This document shows positions 1 to 8,127 of a DNA stretch of 64,000 nt, one piece after another (position 1 is the first letter of the stretch; the number at the start of each line of letters is the position of its first letter). A program made the position numbers and the translations under genes. The stretch is from assembly GCA_043817155.1 (NCBI GenBank), contig JBDRHE010000087.1, positions 983 through 64,982 on the forward strand, in the 5' to 3' direction. This DNA comes from Candidatus Omnitrophota bacterium (lineage in GTDB: Bacteria; Omnitrophota; Gorgyraeia; JABMRN01; RBG-13-46-9). Under the pieces are notes generated by a model that was given only the letters and a program-made list of their open reading frames with translations, was not told the DNA's origin and ran no database searches.

Positions 1-9
1 CGGGCCTCG

Positions 10-59
10 GAGAGATTGCTTCGGCACGCTCCGGATAACAAGGTGCCTCGCAAAGACGA
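10..59. repeat. Right arm of palindromic family A (GAGATTGCTTCGGCACG...GTGCCTCGCAAAGACG)
   Basis: Same arm recurs near 23757, 27120, 28933, 47793 and 47849. Confidence 0.8.
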
Positions 60-80
60 ATAATTGAACTCAGAATAGTA

Positions 81-109
81 TTGACATATAGAAGACCCTG
101 TGTTTAAAT
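81..109 (+). promoter_or_regulatory. Sigma70-type promoter for thi4
   Basis: TTGACA-17 bp-TTAAAT with TG extension; SD AAGGAGG before ATG 134. Confidence 0.5.
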
Positions 110-133
110 ACGAAATCAAGGAGGTGCGTTATC

Positions 134-961
134 ATGTTTAAGAAAGTAAGCGAAGCGAGCATAAGTAGAGCAATTGTAAGGGATTTTTCAAAGTGGTTTG
201 ATGATTATATTACCTCAGATGTTATTGTAGTAGGCGGAGGGCCGAGTGGGCTTATTGCTGCCAGGGAGCTTGCAAAGAAGAATCTAAAGACTCTCGTAAT
301 CGAGAGCAATAATTATCTCGGTGGAGGTTTCTGGATCGGTGGATATTTAATGAACACCTTAACTTTCAGATCTCCCGCGGAGAGTGTGCTTGATGAACTT
401 GGGATACAGTACGAAGAGGCCGAAGAAGGACTCTTCACAGCGATGGGTCCCAATGCCTGTTCAAAACTCATTTCAGCAGCTTGTGATGCCGGGGTTAAGA
501 TACTCAATATGACCAAGTTCGATGACGTAGTATACAGAAATAATAAGGTTGAGGGCGTGGTTGTTAACTGGACGCCCGTATCCGCTCTCCCAAGGCAGAT
601 CACCTGTGTGGATCCTATCGCGCTTGAAAGCAAGATCGTTATTGATGCAACAGGCCACGACGCGTGCGTATGCAAGAGCCTTGCGAAGAGGAATATTATT
701 AAGCTAGCGGATTTCGGTCCCATGGATGTTCAGACTTCGGAAGACCTTGTAGTAGAGAAGACAGGCCAGATCCATCCGGGTCTTGTAGTTATGGGCATGG
801 CAGTCTCTACGGCTTATGGTATACCACGTATGGGCCCGACCTTCGGCGGAATGCTACTTTCCGGGAAGAAGGGCGCAAAGGTTGTAAGCGACATACTGTC
901 AAATGGTGGCGCTCAGCCTAAGCCGCATTGTGTTCCCACAAGAGAGACAGCAGCAGTATAA
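134..961 (+). CDS. thi4: Thiazole synthase Thi4 (Cys-type active site)
   Basis: GGGPSG dinucleotide motif, TCVDP, DATGHDA, RMGPTFGGMLLSG. Confidence 0.95.
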   Translation: MFKKVSEASISRAIVRDFSKWFDDYITSDVIVVGGGPSGLIAARELAKKNLKTLVIESNNYLGGGFWIGGYLMNTLTFRSPAESVLDELGIQYEEAEEGLFTAMGPNACSKLISAACDAGVKILNMTKFDDVVYRNNKVEGVVVNWTPVSALPRQITCVDPIALESKIVIDATGHDACVCKSLAKRNIIKLADFGPMDVQTSEDLVVEKTGQIHPGLVVMGMAVSTAYGIPRMGPTFGGMLLSGKKGAKVVSDILSNGGAQPKPHCVPTRETAAV

Positions 962-1001
962 ATTAGAAGCAATCCGGACACAGAAGACATTTCAATGCAA
1001 G

Positions 1002-1031
1002 AAGTAGGGGAGGTTTAAACCTCCCCTACTT
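1002..1031. terminator. Perfect 30-bp palindrome after thi4 (terminator or REP-like GTAGGGG...CCCCTAC)
   Basis: AAGTAGGGGAGGTTT/AAACCTCCCCTACTT. Confidence 0.55.
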
Positions 1032-1083
1032 TGTCCTGCTTTTGCGTTCTTCGCGGCATTTTTGCTGGCCGCAACCGAACAAT

Positions 1084-1248
1084 AATCAAGTCCCGGGCTT
1101 GATTAAAGAGGTTTACCTAGAAAGCCCGGGACTTGATTCGGGTAAATGTGTTTGCATTACAGCCCCGGGCTTTTTATCAGCAGAAGCTTATCAAGCTTCT
1201 GTTGCTTACACGATAACCTCTGTTATCCAAGCACGGGGCTGGAATGCC
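1084..1248. repeat. Palindromic family C doublet (CAAGTCCCGGGCTT...AAGCCCGGGACTTG)
   Basis: Related copies at 2656-2845 and 9595-9653. Confidence 0.8.
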
Positions 1249-1259
1249 TTTAAAAAATT

Positions 1260-2654
1260 ATGAAAAAATATATCTTTACAACATTCCAAACCACACAAGC
1301 GGTTATGGAAGCAAAAGACGCGCTGGATGAAGAGCGCGTAAAGTGTGAACTCATTTCAAAACCCGTTGGACTTGGCGCCGGATGCGGTATCGCATTAAAA
1401 TACGAGAGCTGTGACAGTGGGAAGGTTATGGATTTACTTAAGGAGAAGACAGCTGGCGCTATGAACACTTATCCTTTTCCTTATCCCGAGGGGGAGACCT
1501 ACGGGAATGTCACAAAGCGCATATATCTGGATCATAACGCTACTACACCCGTGGATCCAAGAGTGCTGGAAGCGATGCTACCGTTCTACAGAGACACATA
1601 TGGGAATCCATCGAGCATACACTCTTTTGGTCGTGATGCAAAGGTGGCTATGGAAGAAGCCAGGTTGACAGTAGCAAATATTATCGGCGCAACCTCAGGC
1701 GAGATAGTATTTACTTCCGGGGGAACGGAATCGAACAATCTGGCTATAAAGGGTGTAGCCAAGGCGCTCCGGGATAAAGGGAAGCATATTATTACCTCTT
1801 CGATCGAGCACCACGCGGTATTAAATGTATGCCAGGATCTTGAACGAGAAGGTTTCAGTATAACCTATATACCGGTCGACAGGTTTGGCATGGTGGATCC
1901 GGAAGACGTAAAGAAGGCTATACGTAAGGACACGATCTTAATAACTGTGATGCATGCAAACAATGAGGTAGGTACCATCGAGCCTGTATCCGATATAGGC
2001 AGGATCGCCAGGGAGCGGATGGTAATATTCCATACAGACGCAGCGCAATCAATAGGCAAGATACAGGTCAATGTGGATAGGATGAATGTAGACCTGCTAT
2101 CTTTATCGAGCCACAAATTCTATGGACCCAAGGGCGCGGGGGCACTCTATGTACGAAAAGGCGTAAAGATCGCGCCTATTGTCCTGGGGGGTGAACATGA
2201 GAGGCGCCTCAGGGCAGGAACGGAGAACGCGCCCGGGATAGTTGGGTTGGGAAAGGCTATAGAGGTGGCTGTTTCGGAAATGAAAGAGACGAGCGAGCTA
2301 TCCGCCGCTTTGAGAAATAGGCTTGAAGATGGTATAAGGAGAAGCATAAGCAAGGTACAGATAAACGGACATCCTGAAAAAAGGCTTCCGAATACATCGA
2401 GCATAAGTTTTGAATCTATAGATAGCGAATCTGCGATCCTTTATCTGGATAGCCAGGGGATCGCTCTTTCCACGGGAAGCGCTTGCAGCTCAGGATCCAT
2501 CGAACCCTCTCATGTTTTAACGGCCATGGATGTGTCCGGGTCACTGGCTAAAGGGACTTTGAGGTTCTCTCTCGGCAGGGGTAACACCGAAAAAGAGATA
2601 GATAAAACTGTTGCCGAGCTTGTAAAGGTCGTTTCGAAGTTGAGGAAACTCTAA
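1260..2654 (+). CDS. iscS: Cysteine desulfurase (IscS type) with N-terminal DUF3343-like domain
   Basis: YLDHNATTP, SSHKFYGPKG (PLP Lys), STGSACSSG; extra ~85 aa N-terminal domain with GCGIAL. Confidence 0.9.
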   Translation: MKKYIFTTFQTTQAVMEAKDALDEERVKCELISKPVGLGAGCGIALKYESCDSGKVMDLLKEKTAGAMNTYPFPYPEGETYGNVTKRIYLDHNATTPVDPRVLEAMLPFYRDTYGNPSSIHSFGRDAKVAMEEARLTVANIIGATSGEIVFTSGGTESNNLAIKGVAKALRDKGKHIITSSIEHHAVLNVCQDLEREGFSITYIPVDRFGMVDPEDVKKAIRKDTILITVMHANNEVGTIEPVSDIGRIARERMVIFHTDAAQSIGKIQVNVDRMNVDLLSLSSHKFYGPKGAGALYVRKGVKIAPIVLGGEHERRLRAGTENAPGIVGLGKAIEVAVSEMKETSELSAALRNRLEDGIRRSISKVQINGHPEKRLPNTSSISFESIDSESAILYLDSQGIALSTGSACSSGSIEPSHVLTAMDVSGSLAKGTLRFSLGRGNTEKEIDKTVAELVKVVSKLRKL

Positions 2655-2655
2655 T

Positions 2656-2845
2656 GCATTCAAGCCCCGAGCTTAGATAAAAGAGGTTATCGTAAGAAGC
2701 CCGGGGCTTGAATGTCGACAAATTTGACAAAATCATGTCCCGGGCTTTCTATCAGCAGAAGCTTATCAAGCTTCTGCTGCTTACAGGACAACCTCTTTAA
2801 TCAAGCCCGGGACATGATCTGCAATCTAAGCCGGGGCTTGAATAC
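2656..2845. repeat. Palindromic family C cluster
   Basis: Two hairpins plus a half site; contains CAGCAGAAGCTTATCAAGCTTCTG, also seen at ~1178. Confidence 0.8.
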
Positions 2846-2871
2846 CGGCACATTAATAAACGGAGTAATTA

Positions 2872-3873
2872 ATGACTAAAGCAATAGCATTACTTTCAGG
2901 TGGATTGGACAGCATATTGGCTGTGAGATTAATGAGGGAGCAGGGGATAGATGTCGAAGCCCTGAACTTCCTTACCGTATTTTGCAACTGCACCTCCAAA
3001 GGGAAGACCTGCCTTGCCAGTAAATCCGCCGCGGATCAGCTCGGGGTAAAACTTAAAGTTTTTGAGATCTCGGAGGAATATCTCGACATAATAAAGAGAC
3101 CGAAACACGGCTATGGACGTAATATGAATCCGTGCCTGGATTGCAGGATACTCATATTTAAGAAAGCCGGTGAATATATGAAAGAGACAGGGGCATCTTT
3201 TATAATAACAGGCGAAGTTCTGGGCGAACGTCCAATGTCTCAAAGAATGGATGCCATGATGCTCATAGAGAAGGAGAGCGGGCTTGACGGCCTTATCTTA
3301 AGACCGCTCTCTGCTAAGCTAATGGAGCCGTCCATACCCGAAAAGGAGGGTCTTGTCGATAGAGAGAAGCTCCTTGAAATTAAGGGACGTTCGAGGAAAC
3401 CACAGATCGCTCTTGCAAAGGAATTCGGTATTAACGATTATCCCTGCCCGGCCGGTGGGTGCCTGTTAACAGATATCGGTTTTGGCAATAGGATGCGGGA
3501 TCTTCTTTTGCATGAGCCAAATTTCACGCTGAATGATGTGCAATTCTTGAAGACGGGAAGGCATTTCAGGTTGATGCCAAACGCCAAACTTATCGTAGGG
3601 CGGGATGAAAAGGAGAACGAGAGGTTGGGGAGTCTATCGAAGAGAGGCGACTTATGCTTCTACCCCGAAGATACTAACGGGCCAACAGGCATAGGTAGGG
3701 GCGATTTTGACAAGGACCTGATCCTCAGGGCCGCGGGCATAATAGCCAGGTATAGCGACAAAACAGGCCGTGATCTTCTCAAGATCGGATACAAGAAGAG
3801 TGGCGATGAAGAGACATCATACGTGGATGCTGCGCCTATAGAAGATGAACATCTGACAGGACTCAGGCTTTGA
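2872..3873 (+). CDS. PP-loop ATPase of the ThiI/MnmA-like tRNA thiolation family (no THUMP domain)
   Basis: SGGLDS, NPCLDCR, TGEVLGERPMSQ, PAGGCLLT. Confidence 0.75.
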   Translation: MTKAIALLSGGLDSILAVRLMREQGIDVEALNFLTVFCNCTSKGKTCLASKSAADQLGVKLKVFEISEEYLDIIKRPKHGYGRNMNPCLDCRILIFKKAGEYMKETGASFIITGEVLGERPMSQRMDAMMLIEKESGLDGLILRPLSAKLMEPSIPEKEGLVDREKLLEIKGRSRKPQIALAKEFGINDYPCPAGGCLLTDIGFGNRMRDLLLHEPNFTLNDVQFLKTGRHFRLMPNAKLIVGRDEKENERLGSLSKRGDLCFYPEDTNGPTGIGRGDFDKDLILRAAGIIARYSDKTGRDLLKIGYKKSGDEETSYVDAAPIEDEHLTGLRL

Positions 3874-3887
3874 TACTGCAAATTTGC

Positions 3888-3916
3888 TTGCCAGACACCT
3901 TTTTATATGCTATAAA
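3888..3916 (+). promoter_or_regulatory. Promoter for merR-nifU-nifS
   Basis: TTGCCA-17 bp-TATAAA with TG extension. Confidence 0.5.
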
Positions 3917-3952
3917 AATCATGATAGTAAAGCATTTGCTGTAGGGGAGCTA

Positions 3953-4267
3953 ATGAAACAGAAGCACAGGGATCCCGTTTATACAATAGGCATTGCAGCC
4001 AAGCTGCTTAAGGTGTGCTCTGCTACGCTCAGGATATGGGAGAAGAAGGGGCTCATCAAGCCGACACGCCTGGGCAAAAACAGATTCTATTCTCAATATG
4101 ACATTGAGCAGCTGGAATATATAAAGATGCTGCTTCAGGAGAAGAGACTGAATATAGAGGGCGTAAGGGAGATACTCAAAAGCTCCAAAAAATGCTGGAA
4201 AATCAAAAAATGCAAAATGGAAGAGAGAAAAGCGTGTCCGGTATATCTTGAGTACGGAAACGCTTGA
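3953..4267 (+). CDS. MerR/HspR-family regulator with Cys-rich C-terminus
   Basis: YTIGIAAKLL...TLRIWEKKGLIKP...RFYS HTH; SD GGGGAG before ATG 3953. Confidence 0.85.
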   Translation: MKQKHRDPVYTIGIAAKLLKVCSATLRIWEKKGLIKPTRLGKNRFYSQYDIEQLEYIKMLLQEKRLNIEGVREILKSSKKCWKIKKCKMEERKACPVYLEYGNA

Positions 4268-4287
4268 TCTAGACGATTGGAGATAGC

Positions 4288-5142
4288 ATGTGGGAATACA
4301 CTGATAAGGTAAGAGAGCACTTTAAGGATCCAAAGAATGTCGGAGAGATAAAGGATCCCGATGCTGTCGGTGAAATAGGCAATATAATTTGCGGGGACGC
4401 CCTGCGTCTCACCTTGCGGATAGAGAAGAAGACGGAAAAAATTCTGGATGCCAAATTCAAGACATTCGGTTGCGCAAGTGCGATCGCATCATCATCGGCC
4501 CTTACAGAGATGATAAAAGGCATGACAATAGAGGAAGCCTCAAAGGTGACAAATGAGGACATAGCAAAATTTCTGGGTGGCCTTCCGGAAGAGAAGATGC
4601 ATTGCTCGGTTATGGGTATGGAGGCGCTCGAGAAGGCTCTCGAGAATTACAAAGGAGCCCCGCTAACAAAGAAGATGGTAGGCGAAGAGAGAATAATCTG
4701 TAAGTGCTTTAGCGTAACGGATAAGAAGATCATCCGGGCGATAAAAGAGAATAACCTAAGGACCCTTGAAGAGGTAACCAATTATACTAAAGCTGGTGGG
4801 GGCTGTGGTAAATGCAAACCGGAGATCGAGAAACTGCTTAACGAATTCTGGAAGAAAGAGATCACGAGGGGGACCAAACCGAAGACCCGCCCGACTAAGA
4901 AACTTACCAATCTCGAAAGAATATCACTGATCCAGAATACTATCGACAGGGAGATCCGTCCTAGCCTCAAGGCTGACGGGGGAGACATAGAGGTCGTAGA
5001 TATAGACCGTAAGAAGGTTTATGTGAGGCTTCTGGGAACGTGCCTCGGTTGCCCTTCAACCGACATTACATTAAAGGCATTCGTAGAGTCCAAATTGAAA
5101 GAGTTTGTGGAAGAGGATATCGTTGTCGAGGAGGTCAAATGA
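4288..5142 (+). CDS. nifU: Fe-S assembly scaffold NifU (IscU + BFD-like 2Fe-2S + Nfu domains)
   Basis: CGD, FGCASA, MHCS; CKC...CGKC; CLGC. Confidence 0.95.
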   Translation: MWEYTDKVREHFKDPKNVGEIKDPDAVGEIGNIICGDALRLTLRIEKKTEKILDAKFKTFGCASAIASSSALTEMIKGMTIEEASKVTNEDIAKFLGGLPEEKMHCSVMGMEALEKALENYKGAPLTKKMVGEERIICKCFSVTDKKIIRAIKENNLRTLEEVTNYTKAGGGCGKCKPEIEKLLNEFWKKEITRGTKPKTRPTKKLTNLERISLIQNTIDREIRPSLKADGGDIEVVDIDRKKVYVRLLGTCLGCPSTDITLKAFVESKLKEFVEEDIVVEEVK

Positions 5143-6302
5143 CCAAGGTCATTTACGCTGATAATAACGCTACTTCAAAAGTTGCCCCGGAAGTATTTGA
5201 AGCGATGAGACCGTATCTGACCGAAGATTACGGAAATCCATCGAGCATGCATACTTTTGGCGGAAAGATACATAGCGCAATTGAAAAGGCGAGGGCTCGT
5301 GTGGCAGACCTACTCGGAGCAAATGACCCGAGTGAGATAATATTTACCAGCTGTGGCACAGAGAGTGACAACGCCGCGATCATAAGTACTCTAAGATCAT
5401 ATCCCGAGAAGAGGCATATTATTACTACAAAGGTGGAGCACCCGGCGGTGCTAAATCTATGTAAATACCTGGAGACGGTAGGGTACCGGGTTACATATCT
5501 TGGGGTAGACGGTGAGGGCATGCTGGACCTAAACGAACTTAAGAATGCCATAGATCACGATACTGCCGTTATATCTATAATGTACGCCAATAATGAGACG
5601 GGAGCGATATTTCCGGTAGAAGAGATCGCCGAAATTGCCAGAGTAAGAGAGGTCGTATTTCATACGGATGCGGTGCAGGCTCTCGGGAAGATACCGTTTA
5701 GATTGACCGAACTGCCGGTAGACCTTTTATCCATATCGGGCCACAAGATACACGCGCCGAAGGGCGTGGGGGCGCTCTATGTGCGCAAGGGTACGAAGTT
5801 TACGCCTTTTATCATTGGTGGTCATCAGGAGCATGGCAGAAGAGGCGGTACGGAGAATGTGGCATCCATAGCGGGTTTGGGAGAGGCGTGTGTCCTGGCG
5901 AAGAAGGGTATCGAAGAAGAGGATGGCCGGGTCAGTAGAATGCGTGATAAATTAGAGAACTCTATCTTAAAGAACGTGCCAAACACAAGGGTTAACGGAA
6001 GCAAGAAGAATAGGCTTCCGAATACAACGAATATAGGATTCGAATATATAGAAGGAGAGGCAATTCTTCTAATGCTCGATGAGAAGGGGATAGCCGCTTC
6101 GTCAGGTTCGGCCTGCACATCAGGGTCACTTGCGCCTTCCCATGTGTTAAGAGCGATGGGGATCCCTTTTACATTTATTCAAGGATCTTTGCGCCTTAGT
6201 CTGAGCCGTTATAATACGGCCGAGGATATAGATTATATATTAAAAGAACTTCCCGGGATCATAAGCCGCTTAAGAGAGATATCGCCTTACGGGAGTAAAT
6301 AA
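5139..6302 (+). CDS. nifS: Cysteine desulfurase NifS
   Basis: YADNNAT, SGHKIHAPKG, SSGSACTSG; ATGA overlap with the nifU stop. Confidence 0.95.
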   Translation: MTKVIYADNNATSKVAPEVFEAMRPYLTEDYGNPSSMHTFGGKIHSAIEKARARVADLLGANDPSEIIFTSCGTESDNAAIISTLRSYPEKRHIITTKVEHPAVLNLCKYLETVGYRVTYLGVDGEGMLDLNELKNAIDHDTAVISIMYANNETGAIFPVEEIAEIARVREVVFHTDAVQALGKIPFRLTELPVDLLSISGHKIHAPKGVGALYVRKGTKFTPFIIGGHQEHGRRGGTENVASIAGLGEACVLAKKGIEEEDGRVSRMRDKLENSILKNVPNTRVNGSKKNRLPNTTNIGFEYIEGEAILLMLDEKGIAASSGSACTSGSLAPSHVLRAMGIPFTFIQGSLRLSLSRYNTAEDIDYILKELPGIISRLREISPYGSK

Positions 6303-6324
6303 AAGTTCGAACGGAGCCAAAAGC

Positions 6325-6358
6325 GACAGGCGCGTTACCTAAGTAACTGTCTTTTTTT
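6325..6358 (+). terminator. Probable intrinsic terminator after nifS
   Basis: Bulged GACAG..GTTAC/GTAAC.TGTC stem followed by T7. Confidence 0.45.
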
Positions 6359-6367
6359 GTTTGCACC

Positions 6368-6397
6368 TTGACATACCATAGGGGGGTATGGTATACT
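6368..6397 (+). promoter_or_regulatory. Promoter with CsoR operator
   Basis: TTGACA...TATACT overlapping ATACCATA-GGGGGG-TATGGTAT (inverted repeat around a G-tract, CsoR/RcnR type). Confidence 0.85.
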
Positions 6398-6414
6398 TCA
6401 TTTAAGAGGTAAGC

Positions 6415-6699
6415 ATGAAACAGGGTATGGTTCATAAAGATCAGATCATATTTCTAAAACGAATTGAGGGACAAGTGCGGGGCGTCCTGAAGATGATCGA
6501 AGAGAGGAGATACTGCGTTGATATCTTAACGCAGCTTCACTCGATCGTTGGAGCGATATTACGGGTAGAGGATAAGGTCATGAGAAAGCATCTTGAAGGC
6601 TGCGTTTCCCAATCCCTTAAAAGCAAGTCAGCGCTCGAAAGAAATGCCAAGATCGATGAGGTTATGGGGCTTATAAAAAGATTTAGAAGAGGCATGTAA
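6415..6699 (+). CDS. csoR: Copper-sensing repressor CsoR
   Basis: LKRIEGQVRG, YCVDILTQ, HLEGC (C-H-C ligands). Confidence 0.92.
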   Translation: MKQGMVHKDQIIFLKRIEGQVRGVLKMIEERRYCVDILTQLHSIVGAILRVEDKVMRKHLEGCVSQSLKSKSALERNAKIDEVMGLIKRFRRGM

Positions 6700-6700
6700 A

Positions 6701-7963
6701 ATGAGTGTTAAAAAAGCATCAATAGTCGTTTCTCTTCTCTTTATATTACATGCGGCATGCGCATATTCTGAGGAGGGCATGGGTACAAGGCTGGGGTCGC
6801 TTATAGATGAAGCTTTGCTTAATAATCCGAAAGTGAAAGCAGAATATGATAAGTATAGCGCTAAGAGGTCAGAAGCAATACAGGTCGGCGCGCTGCCTGA
6901 CCCGAAACTCAGTTATTCATATTTCGGAGAGAGTGTCGAGACGAGAGTGGGGCCGCAAGAGAACAAGTATGGCGCATCCCAAACCATTCCTTTCCCGGGC
7001 AAGCTAATTCTTAAACGGCAGGCCGTTAAGAAGGAAGCGGCTATCCTGAAAGAGCGATATGAGGCGCAGAAGAGGGAACTCGAAAAGAATGTACGTTTCA
7101 CCTACTATGATATCTTCTGGATGGATAGGGCTATAGATATCACTCAGCAGGAGAAGAGCATTATCGATAATCTCGAAAAGGTGGCAAAGAAAAAATACGA
7201 AACTGCAATGTCCCCACAGCAGGATGTTATCAAGGCGCAGGTGGAGATTTCGAAACTTATCGATAAGCTATTTATGCTGAAGGCCCATAGGAAGAGTCTC
7301 GAGGCCAAGATGAATAGTCTTCTCTCCAGGCCAAAGGCGACACCGTTTGACAAGGTACAGGAGATAGATATAGAAGAGTTTGATTATTCACTTGCGGATC
7401 TGCACAAAATGGCAGGCAGAACCAGGCATGAATTGATCGCCGCGAATCTGGATATAGAGAGGGCAGAATATCAAAGGTCTCTGGCGAACCTCGACTTTCT
7501 GCCGGATTTCAGCTTCGGTTTCGATTATATAGATGTAGGAGATGGCAAGACAATGCAAGCTGATGACGGAAAGGACGCGTGGATGACCACATTTACTGTT
7601 AGCGTCCCGATCTGGCTAGATAAGCAGGTAGCCGGAGTAGAGGAGAAACAGGCAGTCTTGCGGTCAAGTAAAAGTAATTACGAAGATATTAAGAATACGG
7701 TCATCTACGAGGTAGAGGATATCTATTATAAGATAATTGCATATAGGGATATAGTCGGCCTGTATGAGACGGCCCTGGTTCCCCAGACAGAGCAGGCGTT
7801 TGAGGCGTCCAGGACAGCGTATGAAGCGGGAAAGGTAGACTTTTTAAATTGGCTTGACGCCGAGAGGGTGCTTTTGCAGACAAAGTTGGCGTATTATAAA
7901 TCGATAGTTGATTACGAGAAATCGATCGCATATCTTGAGCGCGTTGTCGGTCAGGATCTCTAA
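6701..7963 (+). CDS. TolC-family outer-membrane efflux protein (CusC-like)
   Basis: Signal peptide, LPDP and QTIPFPGK motifs, position before MFP and RND genes. Confidence 0.88.
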   Translation: MSVKKASIVVSLLFILHAACAYSEEGMGTRLGSLIDEALLNNPKVKAEYDKYSAKRSEAIQVGALPDPKLSYSYFGESVETRVGPQENKYGASQTIPFPGKLILKRQAVKKEAAILKERYEAQKRELEKNVRFTYYDIFWMDRAIDITQQEKSIIDNLEKVAKKKYETAMSPQQDVIKAQVEISKLIDKLFMLKAHRKSLEAKMNSLLSRPKATPFDKVQEIDIEEFDYSLADLHKMAGRTRHELIAANLDIERAEYQRSLANLDFLPDFSFGFDYIDVGDGKTMQADDGKDAWMTTFTVSVPIWLDKQVAGVEEKQAVLRSSKSNYEDIKNTVIYEVEDIYYKIIAYRDIVGLYETALVPQTEQAFEASRTAYEAGKVDFLNWLDAERVLLQTKLAYYKSIVDYEKSIAYLERVVGQDL

Positions 7964-8028
7964 CTAGATTCTTGGTTTGCGGCTTTCGGTCTAGACAACA
8001 GACTGCTGAATCTACATTTTCGTACCTC

Positions 8029-8099
8029 TGTCATTCCCGCGTAAGCGGGAATCCAGAGTAGGGGGGCTCGTCTGAATCCCCGCTTTCGCGGGGATGACA
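8029..8099. repeat. Palindromic family B (TGTCATTCCCGCG..AGCGGGAATCCAG...GGATGACA; dRS3/RPE-like)
   Basis: Hairpin; related copies at 12939, 26995, 27764 and 27962. Confidence 0.85.
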
Positions 8100-8127
8100 T
8101 GTGGGAGAAGCGGGGTGACACGAAAGA

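Noticed and set aside
60-133. TPP riboswitch upstream of thi4
   Set aside because: No CTGAGA or other TPP core, and the predicted promoter leaves too short a leader.
4288-6302. Nitrogen fixation
   Set aside because: No nifHDK in the window; NifU/NifS act as housekeeping Fe-S assembly in many anaerobes.
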